Positions 26,860-35,849 are shown, counted from the first letter of the stretch. The stretch is 50,154 nt of DNA from a virus (IMGVR_UViG_3300037041_001770:1-50154); one strand, 5' to 3'. The notes: generated by a model from the sequence alone, not told the origin. Numbers and translations: made by a program.

Positions 26860-27237
26860 ATGAAAAGTCTATTTGAAGCTCTCAAGGGTGAATTTAACAA
26901 CGACATCACTAAAGCAGAGGCTGCTTTAGAAAAGTCAATTAGCGAAACCCTAACCAATTTCACGGCAAATCTATCTCAAGTTGCTGCGATATCTGAAAAT
27001 GATAAACAGGCGCTTATACTCGTCAACAGCTATACGTTAAGCCTTATTGTTAATATGGCTTTTTGGAAACTCGCCAATGAGCTAAGAATGTCAAAGGAGG
27101 CAAACGAAACGAAAGAAACCATGATTAATATTTGTAGAATGAACATTCAACTTTTCAGCCAAACGCATGAACAAATTTTAACTAAGCTCGATGATATCAT
27201 TAAAAAAGAGATTGGTGAAAATATTGCGCTTATATAG
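26860..27237 (+). CDS. Hypothetical helical protein
   Basis: GGGGA RBS. Confidence 0.65.
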   Translation: MKSLFEALKGEFNNDITKAEAALEKSISETLTNFTANLSQVAAISENDKQALILVNSYTLSLIVNMAFWKLANELRMSKEANETKETMINICRMNIQLFSQTHEQILTKLDDIIKKEIGENIALI

Positions 27238-27472
27238 GAATTCTTTTGTTTTTAAACTCAATTGGTAGGTCGTATATTTTATCTGTTCCTATGAATATTG
27301 CGCTAGAAAAGTGAATATTTTTTTTCTTGATATATCCTATATCTTCCAAATCAAGAGCGTCAATCCATAGTTTACTTTTAAAATCTTTAGTAATTGTTGC
27401 ATACCCGTAGTAATCAATTGAAGATATGATGTACACCTGTTCACGGCTTAATTTTAATCCACAATTACTCAT
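27230..27472 (-). CDS. Hypothetical protein
   Basis: AAGG upstream of ATG; convergent with the previous gene. Confidence 0.5.
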   Translation of the reverse strand: MSNCGLKLSREQVYIISSIDYYGYATITKDFKSKLWIDALDLEDIGYIKKKNIHFSSAIFIGTDKIYDLPIEFKNKRIPI

Positions 27473-27616
27473 GTAAAACCTTGCTAATAGAGAAAAGATT
27501 TATTAGAATCTTTTTTCCCTCGAATGTTGTCCAAATTTCCTATGAATAATCTATACTATCATATCGATTTCTTCCAAATGCAACCAAAAAATCTCAAAGC
27601 AACTTTCGGGGGATTT

Positions 27617-27868
27617 ATGCGATTACACGAACAGACCGGCTATAAAATATTTGATGATAATAATCAGATGCTTCCAATTTCTACTGAGTCCATGACAGTT
27701 TCTGACGTTGTGGCATTTATGTCCGAGATATCAGGATTTAAGCTATTCACGCAGGTTAAGACCGAAAAAGAAATCCTTCTTTGGTCGCACTATGAACTTG
27801 ATAAAAATGAAAATTCTAGGGTGTTATTCAGACTCGTAGGCAATCCCGCCCCTTGTTGTGGTAGATAG
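27617..27868 (+). CDS. Hypothetical protein
   Basis: GGGGGA RBS before ATG 27617. Confidence 0.6.
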   Translation: MRLHEQTGYKIFDDNNQMLPISTESMTVSDVVAFMSEISGFKLFTQVKTEKEILLWSHYELDKNENSRVLFRLVGNPAPCCGR

Positions 27869-27919
27869 TGCGAACTGCTATAATACATAATAGTAATCAT
27901 TTTTTTAGGGGGCAAATTT

Positions 27920-29104
27920 ATGAAATGGTTTTTGAGTATTTTTCTAGCATTAATTTTCAATGTGGGATGCTCTCACTTAGAGAGCGATGGCGTAACAGTT
28001 TTGAAATCAGAAACGGGAGAGAAGTTTTATAGTGGTTTAATCGTTCCCAAGGATTTTAAACCAACAAATGTAAGATCGGCGAAAGACGGGCTGCAAGGAA
28101 CCCTTCCCGCAGAGTTCGACGCAAGGACAAAAGGATATAAGGCACCAGAATCTCAGGGGAATTGCGGCAGTTGCTGGGCCTACGCCATGTCGGCCACTGT
28201 ACAAGATGCATACAAGTATCAGATGGGAAAAGACTTCGATACTTCGGAGCAACATGTACTCTCGTGCACAAAACCAGGGGAATACACTTGTAACGGTGGT
28301 TTCTTCGATTACAACAGACATCAGAATCCTTTTGGTGGCGTAACAGGCGCATCGTGGCCCTACTCTGGGACTGATGAAGCTTGCAGAACGGGACTCAATC
28401 ACCAGCTTAAGATTAAGCAATGGGCATACCTTCCAGGCGGTGAAAACCCTCCAATTGATGAAATCAAATCAGCTATCTATCGGTGGGGAATCGTCTCTGT
28501 TGGGGTCGCGGCCACAGATGGAATGTCTAATTATAAAAGTGGAATTTGGGAAGGAGACGGTTCAACTGCGCTTAATCATGCTGTTACCCTGGTAGGCTGG
28601 TCAGACGCCGGTCAATATTGGATAATGAAAAACTCATGGGGGACATCGTGGGGCCAAAATGGCTATATGTATATTCGGTACGGTGCTAACGGAATAGGCA
28701 CTTGGGCAAACTATGTCGTTTTTGACGATAACCCAACGCCAAATCCAGACCCAACTCCGGACCCTAAACCAACGCCCGATCCAGACCCAACGCCTCCACC
28801 ACCACCGCCTTGCACACCACAGCCATACGCGGATACTGGCTACGGTGATGAAATCCAGGTGTATGCTAATGCAAGTATAAGGGTAGGAACAAGAGGCCAA
28901 AGAGGTCATCGCTATTATTGGACAGCAGAACCAGCTTTTGATAATCAAGCGGTTCCTCAGTCAGCACAGATAAACTACCGCCCACGTATTACAAAGCGGC
29001 TTACGATTCACGCGGTCACCCAATGCGGCGAAGCTACCGACTCTGTGAATGTAAAATTAATTGGATATTATAAGCAGAAAATAGAGCAAGAAGTTGAAGA
29101 ATAA
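27920..29104 (+). CDS. Papain-family (C1A) cysteine protease lipoprotein with Pro-rich linker and C-terminal Ig-like domain
   Basis: Lipobox-like NVGC; QGNCGSCWAY, NHAV and KNSWG catalytic motifs; PDPTP linker. Confidence 0.92.
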   Translation: MKWFLSIFLALIFNVGCSHLESDGVTVLKSETGEKFYSGLIVPKDFKPTNVRSAKDGLQGTLPAEFDARTKGYKAPESQGNCGSCWAYAMSATVQDAYKYQMGKDFDTSEQHVLSCTKPGEYTCNGGFFDYNRHQNPFGGVTGASWPYSGTDEACRTGLNHQLKIKQWAYLPGGENPPIDEIKSAIYRWGIVSVGVAATDGMSNYKSGIWEGDGSTALNHAVTLVGWSDAGQYWIMKNSWGTSWGQNGYMYIRYGANGIGTWANYVVFDDNPTPNPDPTPDPKPTPDPDPTPPPPPPCTPQPYADTGYGDEIQVYANASIRVGTRGQRGHRYYWTAEPAFDNQAVPQSAQINYRPRITKRLTIHAVTQCGEATDSVNVKLIGYYKQKIEQEVEE

Positions 29105-29124
29105 ACCTCTCATATAATATAAAA

Positions 29125-29154
29125 TTCCCCCGTAAGCTCGACTTTACGGGGGAA
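29125..29154 (+). promoter_or_regulatory. RBS-occluding hairpin
   Basis: Perfect 11-bp stem TTCCCCCGTAA/TTACGGGGGAA ending 2 nt before ATG 29157; TATAAT at 29115. Confidence 0.65.
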
Positions 29155-29156
29155 CC

Positions 29157-29735
29157 ATGAAAAACTTCAGCACTAAACTAATAGCATTCGTTCTTTTTAC
29201 CTCAACGGGTGCATTATCACAACCAATTTATAATGTAGATGAGAAGGAATTTCGCTTAATTGTGTCAGAAATAGTTAAAATCTATTCACCTATTTTTGAT
29301 AAAAAAGGCGTCGATTTCTGGATGGAACCTAATTGGGGGTCTAATGATGTTCATTTGTATGCTAAAAAGTTCGATGATTTATCCTGGAAAATTGTAGTAT
29401 CGGGGGGCTTTGCTCGCCAGCCTGAAATCTCCAATGAGGGGCTGATACTCGCCATATGCCACCAAATCGGTCATCTCATGAGCGGTAAGCTATCGGACTA
29501 TTCGACAGAAGAAAAATCATGGCAGTACGCTTATAACATATGTTCAGAGAAAATATTCCTTGAGTGGTCAAAAAGGTATAATCTCAAAAAACTCGGTGTA
29601 AAGATTGATGAATGCGAAAAGCTAAAAACAAGCAGCGATGTTTGCTATTATAAAGCATTCGCAAAAAAATCAATCGAGTTTTTAAATGAGAGGCTTTGCT
29701 ATGGACCACAGCGCGCGGGTCAAACGGGTCATTGA
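29157..29735 (+). CDS. Secreted zincin-like protein with degenerate HExxH (HQIGH)
   Basis: Signal peptide; VSGGFARQPEISNEGLILAICHQIGH. Confidence 0.75.
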   Translation: MKNFSTKLIAFVLFTSTGALSQPIYNVDEKEFRLIVSEIVKIYSPIFDKKGVDFWMEPNWGSNDVHLYAKKFDDLSWKIVVSGGFARQPEISNEGLILAICHQIGHLMSGKLSDYSTEEKSWQYAYNICSEKIFLEWSKRYNLKKLGVKIDECEKLKTSSDVCYYKAFAKKSIEFLNERLCYGPQRAGQTGH

Positions 29736-30039
29736 TGGCGACACATTTGAATGCATTGTGATGCTAGATTTTTGCCTATCAATTGAGGTTACTGTTAGGC
29801 TTTTGGATGTTGATACCTGGGAGATGACAGGACCGCAAAAAGAACTAGGATTAGCTGCAAAGCTGTTTTTGAAGGATAAAATAGAGAATAAGAAGATTAT
29901 TTTAGACCCGCTTAAAAAAGATTCATTTGGCAGATGGCTTTCCCTAGCATATTTTAGGGGTGAAAATCTAAGTGAAATGATGCAAATCTACCAAAAGAAG
30001 ATTATAAAATCCTTAGAAACAAAAAACCTTATAGTTTAG
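29701..30039 (+). CDS. Thermonuclease (SNase-like)
   Basis: RVIDGDT, VRLLDVDTWE and DSFGRWL motifs. Confidence 0.9.
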   Translation: MDHSARVKRVIDGDTFECIVMLDFCLSIEVTVRLLDVDTWEMTGPQKELGLAAKLFLKDKIENKKIILDPLKKDSFGRWLSLAYFRGENLSEMMQIYQKKIIKSLETKNLIV

Positions 30040-30048
30040 GAAAACTCC

Positions 30049-30858
30049 ATGTTAACAATTGAAGCCGTTGTAGTTTGTTATAATTACTCTGATTTCCTTG
30101 AGGCGACCCTACCGCACAATATCCAAATGGTAGATAGGCTAGTCGTTGTTACTCACCCAAGCGATAAAATGACGGGAAAACTCTGTGATAAATATTCAGT
30201 TGATTGCATAAAAACTGAGATATTTCACGATGATAACGACAGATTCAATAAGGGTCGCGCAATCAATCTAGGGCTTCAAAATCTAAGGCATGACGGTTGG
30301 CTGATGCATCTCGATGCTGATATCCTTCTACCGCACCGCTTCCACAATGCTTTAAAAATGGCAAAGCTCGATACGACTTGTCTGTATGGTGCTGATCGGC
30401 TTAACACGGTCACCTATGAAAACTGGGAGAGACACAAAAATAGAAGCATCCCTCAGCACTCATGGAGATTCATGGTTAACCCACAAAAAGAATTCCCGCT
30501 TGGCTCACGGCTTCTTCACTTAGAGTATGGATATTGTCCTATAGGCTACTTCCAACTTTGGTCATCAAAAGCACGGCGACAATACCCGATAGTATGCGGT
30601 AGCGCCGAGCATTCCGATGTTTTATTTGCTACCCAATGGCCGAGAGAAAAGAGAGTTTTACTACCTGAATTTTTCGTTTATCACCTGGAAAGCGAGGATG
30701 TAAAAATGGGGGCAAACTGGGACGGGAGAAAAACCAAGGCTTTTGGCCCTGCTGGAACCCCGAATCCTGGCGAAATCCAGAATCCAGGGGGAAAAAAAAT
30801 CATTCATCCTTTCGGGAGTAATGGACTAGCCAAAGACTTTGGTAATCCAACTTATTAG
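30049..30858 (+). CDS. GT-A (GT2-like) glycosyltransferase
   Basis: VVCYNYSDFL, FNKGRAIN, HLDADI (DxD), GYFQL. Confidence 0.85.
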   Translation: MLTIEAVVVCYNYSDFLEATLPHNIQMVDRLVVVTHPSDKMTGKLCDKYSVDCIKTEIFHDDNDRFNKGRAINLGLQNLRHDGWLMHLDADILLPHRFHNALKMAKLDTTCLYGADRLNTVTYENWERHKNRSIPQHSWRFMVNPQKEFPLGSRLLHLEYGYCPIGYFQLWSSKARRQYPIVCGSAEHSDVLFATQWPREKRVLLPEFFVYHLESEDVKMGANWDGRKTKAFGPAGTPNPGEIQNPGGKKIIHPFGSNGLAKDFGNPTY

Positions 30859-31112
30859 ATAACCTTGAAGAGCTTTAGAAGCTTAAAGATGCTTCCAAGT
30901 GGCCCCGCTGTTAATTTCAAAGCTGCAATGATTTGCATGATTGCAGATAGTGCTTCAATCACTAAGTCTTTCACTTCGATAGGGTCCGCGTCTTTAAGCT
31001 CCTCAACTACTTCATGCCAGTTGATATTAACAAGCTCTACAACATTTTCTTTAATTGCTCTTAAAACCTTAAGAGTCTCAGAAATTCCTTTCTTTACTTG
31101 TACTTCTTCCAT
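30855..31112 (-). CDS. Hypothetical protein with hydrophobic C-terminus
   Basis: AGGAGG RBS. Confidence 0.7.
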   Translation of the reverse strand: MEEVQVKKGISETLKVLRAIKENVVELVNINWHEVVEELKDADPIEVKDLVIEALSAIMQIIAALKLTAGPLGSIFKLLKLFKVI

Positions 31113-31329
31113 GTATGCATCCTCCTTTTAAAAACGTGTCGATAATGGTCGAATTGACTGCTAGCCTCTTATCAATCTCAATCAATGAGCTGGTAAGCTT
31201 ATCGATGGTAATTGTAAAAGTTGTTTCAAGTTTGGTGATGCGAGAAAAGAATATTTTAGACAGAACAATAGTCGTTGTAACCACTCCAGAACTTGCCGTG
31301 ATAATATCCCGAATTGGTATATCTTCCAT
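31078..31329 (-). CDS. Putative holin-like/membrane protein (TM helix plus coiled coil)
   Basis: One N-terminal hydrophobic helix then a heptad pattern. Confidence 0.5.
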   Translation of the reverse strand: MEDIPIRDIITASSGVVTTTIVLSKIFFSRITKLETTFTITIDKLTSSLIEIDKRLAVNSTIIDTFLKGGCIHGRSTSKERNF

Positions 31330-31339
31330 TTTTTTAGCC

Positions 31340-32215
31340 TTATGAGTAGGACTCTATTTGATTTGCTAGAATCAATTTTCCCATAAAAAAAAGATCCCAA
31401 CCACAACAGCTTTCTAAGTGGCTCTCGATGCTCGACTTCTCCCATATCCAGCTATGGCCAAAATTGTTGAAATCAACTCGGTTTGATATTTCTATGAATC
31501 TTTCAATCATATCTAAGGTGAAACATCTTTTTGCAACAAACTCATAAAATATATTATCAGGCAATCTTTGGTGGGCTATTTCTGCAATCTTTTGGCTATA
31601 CTCACGGCTTTGATTTATTAAAAATTTTATGTAGGCTGCTACAACTTTTAAATGGAGCTGATAACCGAGGTCGGTTGTTTTTGCTTCTATGACGCTAAAA
31701 TCCCCGTCAAATCCGTTGAATTTTTTCATTTGATCATGTTTTTTCCAAAGCCGATATCCCCAAACTCTACCCATGAGCGCCCAATTCGCGGGGGTAATAG
31801 CCGAGCGAGAATCGGGGGCAAATTTATAAAGCAGCCAATGCCACTCTTTAAGGTTGTCGATGTAGTTCAGCCAGGAAATGGCGGCGCTTTCGGGGAACAA
31901 AACATTTGTCATCGCGCATAAAACGCCGTGCGACATATCGCGGGAGAAAAAAGCCTCATGACCTTCATTGTTTGTTTCCTTTCGGTGTGGTGAACGGTAG
32001 AACATACCATTTTCGCCCTGGGAGTCTAACACCGCATCAAGCGCCCAGTTATCATAGGAATGAATCACAGTTGATAAAAGCCCATTGAACAGCATGGCGT
32101 CACCGTCAGATTCTCCGAGGATTGCAAACTTTTTTCCATTTTTTGAGATGAGATAAGGCGCTTTTTCTTCGGCCTCTTTGACGATTTCTTTTACTTTATC
32201 GATGAGAACTTGCAT
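31340..32215 (-). CDS. Hypothetical helical protein, possibly host-derived
   Basis: GDAMLFNGLL...FYRSP...FSRDMSHG; AGGA RBS. Confidence 0.7.
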   Translation of the reverse strand: MQVLIDKVKEIVKEAEEKAPYLISKNGKKFAILGESDGDAMLFNGLLSTVIHSYDNWALDAVLDSQGENGMFYRSPHRKETNNEGHEAFFSRDMSHGVLCAMTNVLFPESAAISWLNYIDNLKEWHWLLYKFAPDSRSAITPANWALMGRVWGYRLWKKHDQMKKFNGFDGDFSVIEAKTTDLGYQLHLKVVAAYIKFLINQSREYSQKIAEIAHQRLPDNIFYEFVAKRCFTLDMIERFIEISNRVDFNNFGHSWIWEKSSIESHLESCCGWDLFFMGKLILANQIESYS

Positions 32216-32246
32216 GGCATTCCTTTACTACCATGCAGGGGCATGG

Positions 32247-32570
32247 TTAAAAATCGCAGTTTAATTTGTACCAGAACCATGGACCCATTTTACAATACCA
32301 CTGCTTAGGTTTCCACTGGTCGCAGATATGCACCGGCTCACCTTCGAAATACATTTTGAACTTTGTAGCTGTTTCAAATTGATAAGTCCCTTCGGTTTCA
32401 GCATCGCCAGGGTTAGGACCAAAGTAAAGAAGGGTTCCCGCAGCTCCAGCGGCTCCAATATCGCCCTCAAATTTTGTTTCAGCGTTCCACTTCGGGGCCT
32501 CACAGTAGTAAGTTGCTGAATACGAGTAAGAAGCCATGAGTAGAAACATAAACCCTATTAATTTTTTCAT
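32247..32570 (-). CDS. Secreted Cys-containing protein
   Basis: MKKLIGFMFLLMASYSYS-A signal; four Cys. Confidence 0.75.
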   Translation of the reverse strand: MKKLIGFMFLLMASYSYSATYYCEAPKWNAETKFEGDIGAAGAAGTLLYFGPNPGDAETEGTYQFETATKFKMYFEGEPVHICDQWKPKQWYCKMGPWFWYKLNCDF

Positions 32571-32733
32571 TGCACCATCTCCTTAAACAAAATAGATTGA
32601 ACATTCAGGGTACTAAAAAAACTTAACAAGCCATTGCCATGTTGATATTTTCAGCGTGGCATTTTACTATGATTAATTCACGTTACTCCATGTTTTCTAT
32701 TTATTGCTTTTCTTTTTTCAAAGGAAGGCATTT

Positions 32734-33033
32734 TTATTCTAAATCGGTTAGGCGCATCTCTAACATTAGATGATCGATATATTTTTGCTCGGTTTCAGCA
32801 ATTGGGTATTTTAGAACGATTGAAGCATTGGCTTGCATCATGACAGATGAGAGAAGAGTCAAAGCGGTATTTTTTTCTCTAGCATTTGGGCATAACGATT
32901 CAATTGTGATCGCTAGCCTTCTTACTTCCTGCCTTATAAGCTGCATTCTTTTAACAGCCTCCTCGTCACAATCATGATAAGAAAATCTATCGACAATCTC
33001 ATTTAACTTTTCTTTGCTTAGTTCTTTTTTCAT
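32734..33033 (-). CDS. Acb2/Tad1-hairpin family protein (putative cyclic-nucleotide sponge)
   Basis: DRFSYH...IESLCPNAREKNTALTLL..VMMQANASI matches the FxYH...CPxSRExSLA...MWANAxI family pattern. Confidence 0.75.
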   Translation of the reverse strand: MKKELSKEKLNEIVDRFSYHDCDEEAVKRMQLIRQEVRRLAITIESLCPNAREKNTALTLLSSVMMQANASIVLKYPIAETEQKYIDHLMLEMRLTDLE

Positions 33034-33313
33034 TTTTTGTTTCCTTTGAATATTCGATACCAATTAATAGATCAACGTCGGCTGGCGATTCTATAAAATA
33101 AAAAGGTCTATGACCATCAAGGTACATTTCAGTAAGCATGATTGAACCGTCATCATTGTCATAGTAGTACATTATTTTGTTGACGTTGACTCTTACATAC
33201 TTGTTTCCCTGCGCCTCAAGAATGATGAATTTATCTTTATTAGAGGGGCTTGGTTCCTGCGCGTGTAAAGATCCAACAAATGCTAAGGATAAAGTTAAAA
33301 TGAGTCTTTTCAT
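32999..33313 (-). CDS. Secreted hypothetical protein
   Basis: ATGA overlap with tad1; MKRLILTLSLAFVGSLHA-Q signal. Confidence 0.7.
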   Translation of the reverse strand: MKRLILTLSLAFVGSLHAQEPSPSNKDKFIILEAQGNKYVRVNVNKIMYYYDNDDGSIMLTEMYLDGHRPFYFIESPADVDLLIGIEYSKETKNEKRTKQRKVK

Positions 33314-33678
33314 TTGTTGCTTGTCCCTTCTACTTGTCGTCTTTCCCTGCTTTTTTTTCTTTGGTCTAACCAAAATAGGGCATTTTGAAGTCCTATAATC
33401 GCGTGAAAGTTTTCAATGCAAGGGAATTCTTCATTTAGTTCTGAAATTATCATCCTTGCTGCTTCTATCATGGTATCGATTTGACATCCATTTTTTCCAA
33501 ACTCTTTGATGGGGCCTTTTTGAATCTTGAATGAAATCATATTTAGATGTTCAGTAATAAAAATAGGAACCTCTTTTCGATACTGGTCGAATTCTTCCCA
33601 GCTCATACCGTCGGGAACTTTTCTAATAACCTTAAACCCGCCAATTTCTTCAATTCCTTCTAATACCTCTAAAGCCAT
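33310..33678 (-). CDS. tad1: Tad1-family anti-Thoeris sponge
   Basis: FKIQKGPIKEFGKNG...FPCIEN..AI..LQNALFWLDQR..SRERRQVEGT matches the Tad1 FQxG...G...REN...ALxWL..R...R..RxVxGT signature. Confidence 0.85.
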   Translation of the reverse strand: MALEVLEGIEEIGGFKVIRKVPDGMSWEEFDQYRKEVPIFITEHLNMISFKIQKGPIKEFGKNGCQIDTMIEAARMIISELNEEFPCIENFHAIIGLQNALFWLDQRKKSRERRQVEGTSNK

Positions 33679-33774
33679 TTTTTACCCTTTCTATCTCATA
33701 CGATGATTGTCAAAAAGCCCCCAAATGAGGAGCGCAACAATAATGATGCCAATTATATGAAGTATAATAATTTT

Positions 33775-34140
33775 TTAGCCTCTTTCATTTTTGAGAGTCA
33801 TTTGCTTTTCAATTCTGTTATCAAGGCGACTGATTTTAAATTTGATACGATCGGCTACTTCATCCATCCCGATGATCTTTGCTGCTTGAATTGCTGTGAT
33901 AAGCACGTCGGCAATTTCATCAGCTACAACCTGGTTATTTTCATTTTTGACGTAGTCAGGCGATGGCTGGTTGAGGTTATGGATAGCTGTTAAAAGCTCT
34001 AAACATTCCTCTTTACATTTATTGAGCTGGTGTTTGGTTCCATACCAGAAGATAGCCTTTTCCATAATGTCTAAAGTTGCTGGGTCGAATAGCGTTGATT
34101 GCAGCATTTCAGACCAAATAAAAGCTTTTTTTTCATTCAT
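33775..34140 (-). CDS. MazG-like NTP pyrophosphohydrolase
   Basis: KCKEECLEL and ADEIADVLI (EExxE/ExxD). Confidence 0.85.
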   Translation of the reverse strand: MNEKKAFIWSEMLQSTLFDPATLDIMEKAIFWYGTKHQLNKCKEECLELLTAIHNLNQPSPDYVKNENNQVVADEIADVLITAIQAAKIIGMDEVADRIKFKISRLDNRIEKQMTLKNERG

Positions 34141-34152
34141 AATTTTTTCCTT

Positions 34153-34338
34153 TTAAATCTCTTGAACATCAGCGTCATATGAGTCATTGGCTTCGCCAAT
34201 TTCTATTTCATCTGAACACTGATGACATAAGTTTGGGAAACAAGTATCAGCTTTTCTAATAGCTTGTTCCTTATTTTCAGCCTCTACTTTAACTAAAAAA
34301 GCACAATGATAGGGTATTGATACTAAATATTTAGGCAT
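34153..34338 (-). CDS. Small hypothetical protein
   Basis: GGAGG RBS before MPKYLVSI; VKVEAENKEQAI; CxxC. Confidence 0.65.
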   Translation of the reverse strand: MPKYLVSIPYHCAFLVKVEAENKEQAIRKADTCFPNLCHQCSDEIEIGEANDSYDADVQEI

Positions 34339-34444
34339 AAAACCTCCATAAATTAAACGCAAAAACTATCACAATTGTAAATATATGACATCTATTATTT
34401 TTAAGCCTACAATGCTATAATTATTAAAAAATGGAGGCTAATCG

Positions 34445-34999
34445 ATGGTAATTTATTTTACGACTAATGAAAAGTTTTACGCAAAGCTGTTAAGATGGAT
34501 CTTTTTAGAGCCAGTTAGTCATGTGGGTATGTGCCTTTATCCTACTGGTGTAACTCCCATAGTTATTGATTGCACCAAGCCTTATGGCAAAATTTATGCT
34601 TATAATGCTTGGAAAAAGAAACACAGCCCAATTTTTGCGGCTCAAATACCTATGTCCCTGGAAGATGAAATCAAATGCTTTGATACCGTCGCCCTTCGTT
34701 CTGTTATGCGCCCCTATGATTTCTCGGCCTATTTTCATGGCTTTTACCATGGCCTTAAATGGCGTCTATTTGGTACAAAGCTTCCTAAAAGAAACACTAA
34801 ATCGGACCATGAAAAGGATCTTTGTACAGAAATTTTCAATCCTATTAAGCAGCTTCTTCAAAAATATGGAATCGATCTTTATGGAGTTGATTTAGCAGCT
34901 ATGACGCCTCATATGCTGGCAAAAGAAATCTATAGGCAAACTGTCGGAAATGAAAATGTCACCTGGATAGGTGAGAAATTAGATACTCTTTCCCTTTAA
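34445..34999 (+). CDS. Permuted papain-like NlpC/P60 (YiiX-like) enzyme
   Basis: SHVG near the N-terminus, PYDF, LCTE later (His before Cys); own TATAAT and GGAGG. Confidence 0.75.
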   Translation: MVIYFTTNEKFYAKLLRWIFLEPVSHVGMCLYPTGVTPIVIDCTKPYGKIYAYNAWKKKHSPIFAAQIPMSLEDEIKCFDTVALRSVMRPYDFSAYFHGFYHGLKWRLFGTKLPKRNTKSDHEKDLCTEIFNPIKQLLQKYGIDLYGVDLAAMTPHMLAKEIYRQTVGNENVTWIGEKLDTLSL

Positions 35000-35114
35000 C
35001 TCTGATTGTGACGCCGGTATTTGATTTATATCTGAAGTGAGAAACCCAGTTGATTTGAGAAATCTTATAGCCAAGCGTCAATCCGATAATAAAAAGAAAA
35101 AGTGACATAAAACC

Positions 35115-35330
35115 TCACAAGTCTATTTCATAAAAATAACCATGGTCATCCTCTTCAAATCCTAAATCATCAATATCGCATACAATTTTTTGGCTACCAG
35201 TATCGAGCTGAACCGCGTTGTTTTTAAATGTTACGCAAGCCTCTTTGCAGCTTAGTTTATTTTCTCTTGAAAAACTGGTATCGCCGAACCTAATTAACGA
35301 GTTATTGTTGAGGTAGATTTTAGTGATCAT
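35115..35330 (-). CDS. Hypothetical protein
   Basis: GGAGG RBS. Confidence 0.6.
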   Translation of the reverse strand: MITKIYLNNNSLIRFGDTSFSRENKLSCKEACVTFKNNAVQLDTGSQKIVCDIDDLGFEEDDHGYFYEIDL

Positions 35331-35361
35331 TGTATAACCTCCAACTAAAAATTACGAACAT

Positions 35362-35391
35362 AAAAGTATGGACAAAATTATTTATCCATAC
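35362..35391 (-). terminator. Terminator after the amidase
   Basis: Minus strand GTATGGATAAA-taat-TTTGTCCATAC then TTTT. Confidence 0.6.
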
Positions 35392-35413
35392 CTCTATATT
35401 AAGTAAAATTTAA

Positions 35414-35848
35414 CTAAATGGAAATTAAATCTCTAATTACAGACATTTCAAAACCTGGACATTCGGTTTTAGCGAAGTCACGATGGGCAAACCATCGATT
35501 TATCGAAATGTTGTAGCGGTCAAAAATTACTTTATAAAGTTTTTTAAGTGACTTTATTTGTGCGGTAGTGGGTATTTTTGTTCCAATGTAACAAATCCCG
35601 ATTGAGTAGGAATTGGTCGGTTTACAGTGTGCGCCTTTTTCAACTTTGGGCGGTATTAAAGCTCTCCCATACTCAATAGCTCCACTTCTTCTTATGACGA
35701 TATGGTATCCAATCTTGTCAAAGCCCCGCTGCTTATGCCACTCATTGATTTCATCAGCTCCAAAGAAGTCAAAAAGCTCATTATTGGCGCTATAGTCGGG
35801 TGTAGCCGAACAGTGAAGAATGACAGCAGTTGGGGTTATAAGATCCAA
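35414..35848 (-). CDS. N-acetylmuramoyl-L-alanine amidase (T7 lysozyme-like endolysin)
   Basis: ILHCSAT, IGYH, GAHC, SIGICYIG and AHRD...ECPGF zinc-amidase motifs. Confidence 0.92.
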   Translation of the reverse strand: MDLITPTAVILHCSATPDYSANNELFDFFGADEINEWHKQRGFDKIGYHIVIRRSGAIEYGRALIPPKVEKGAHCKPTNSYSIGICYIGTKIPTTAQIKSLKKLYKVIFDRYNISINRWFAHRDFAKTECPGFEMSVIRDLISI

Positions 35849-35849
35849 T

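Noticed and set aside
28730-28812. C-rich repeats as a regulatory repeat
   Set aside because: They encode the PDPTP linker of the protease
33691-33788. Hydrophobic minus-strand frame (IIILHIIGIIIVALLIWGLF) after mazG, possibly a frameshifted small membrane gene
   Set aside because: No in-frame ATG; it needs an A6-to-A7 change after MKEAKK; too short to support
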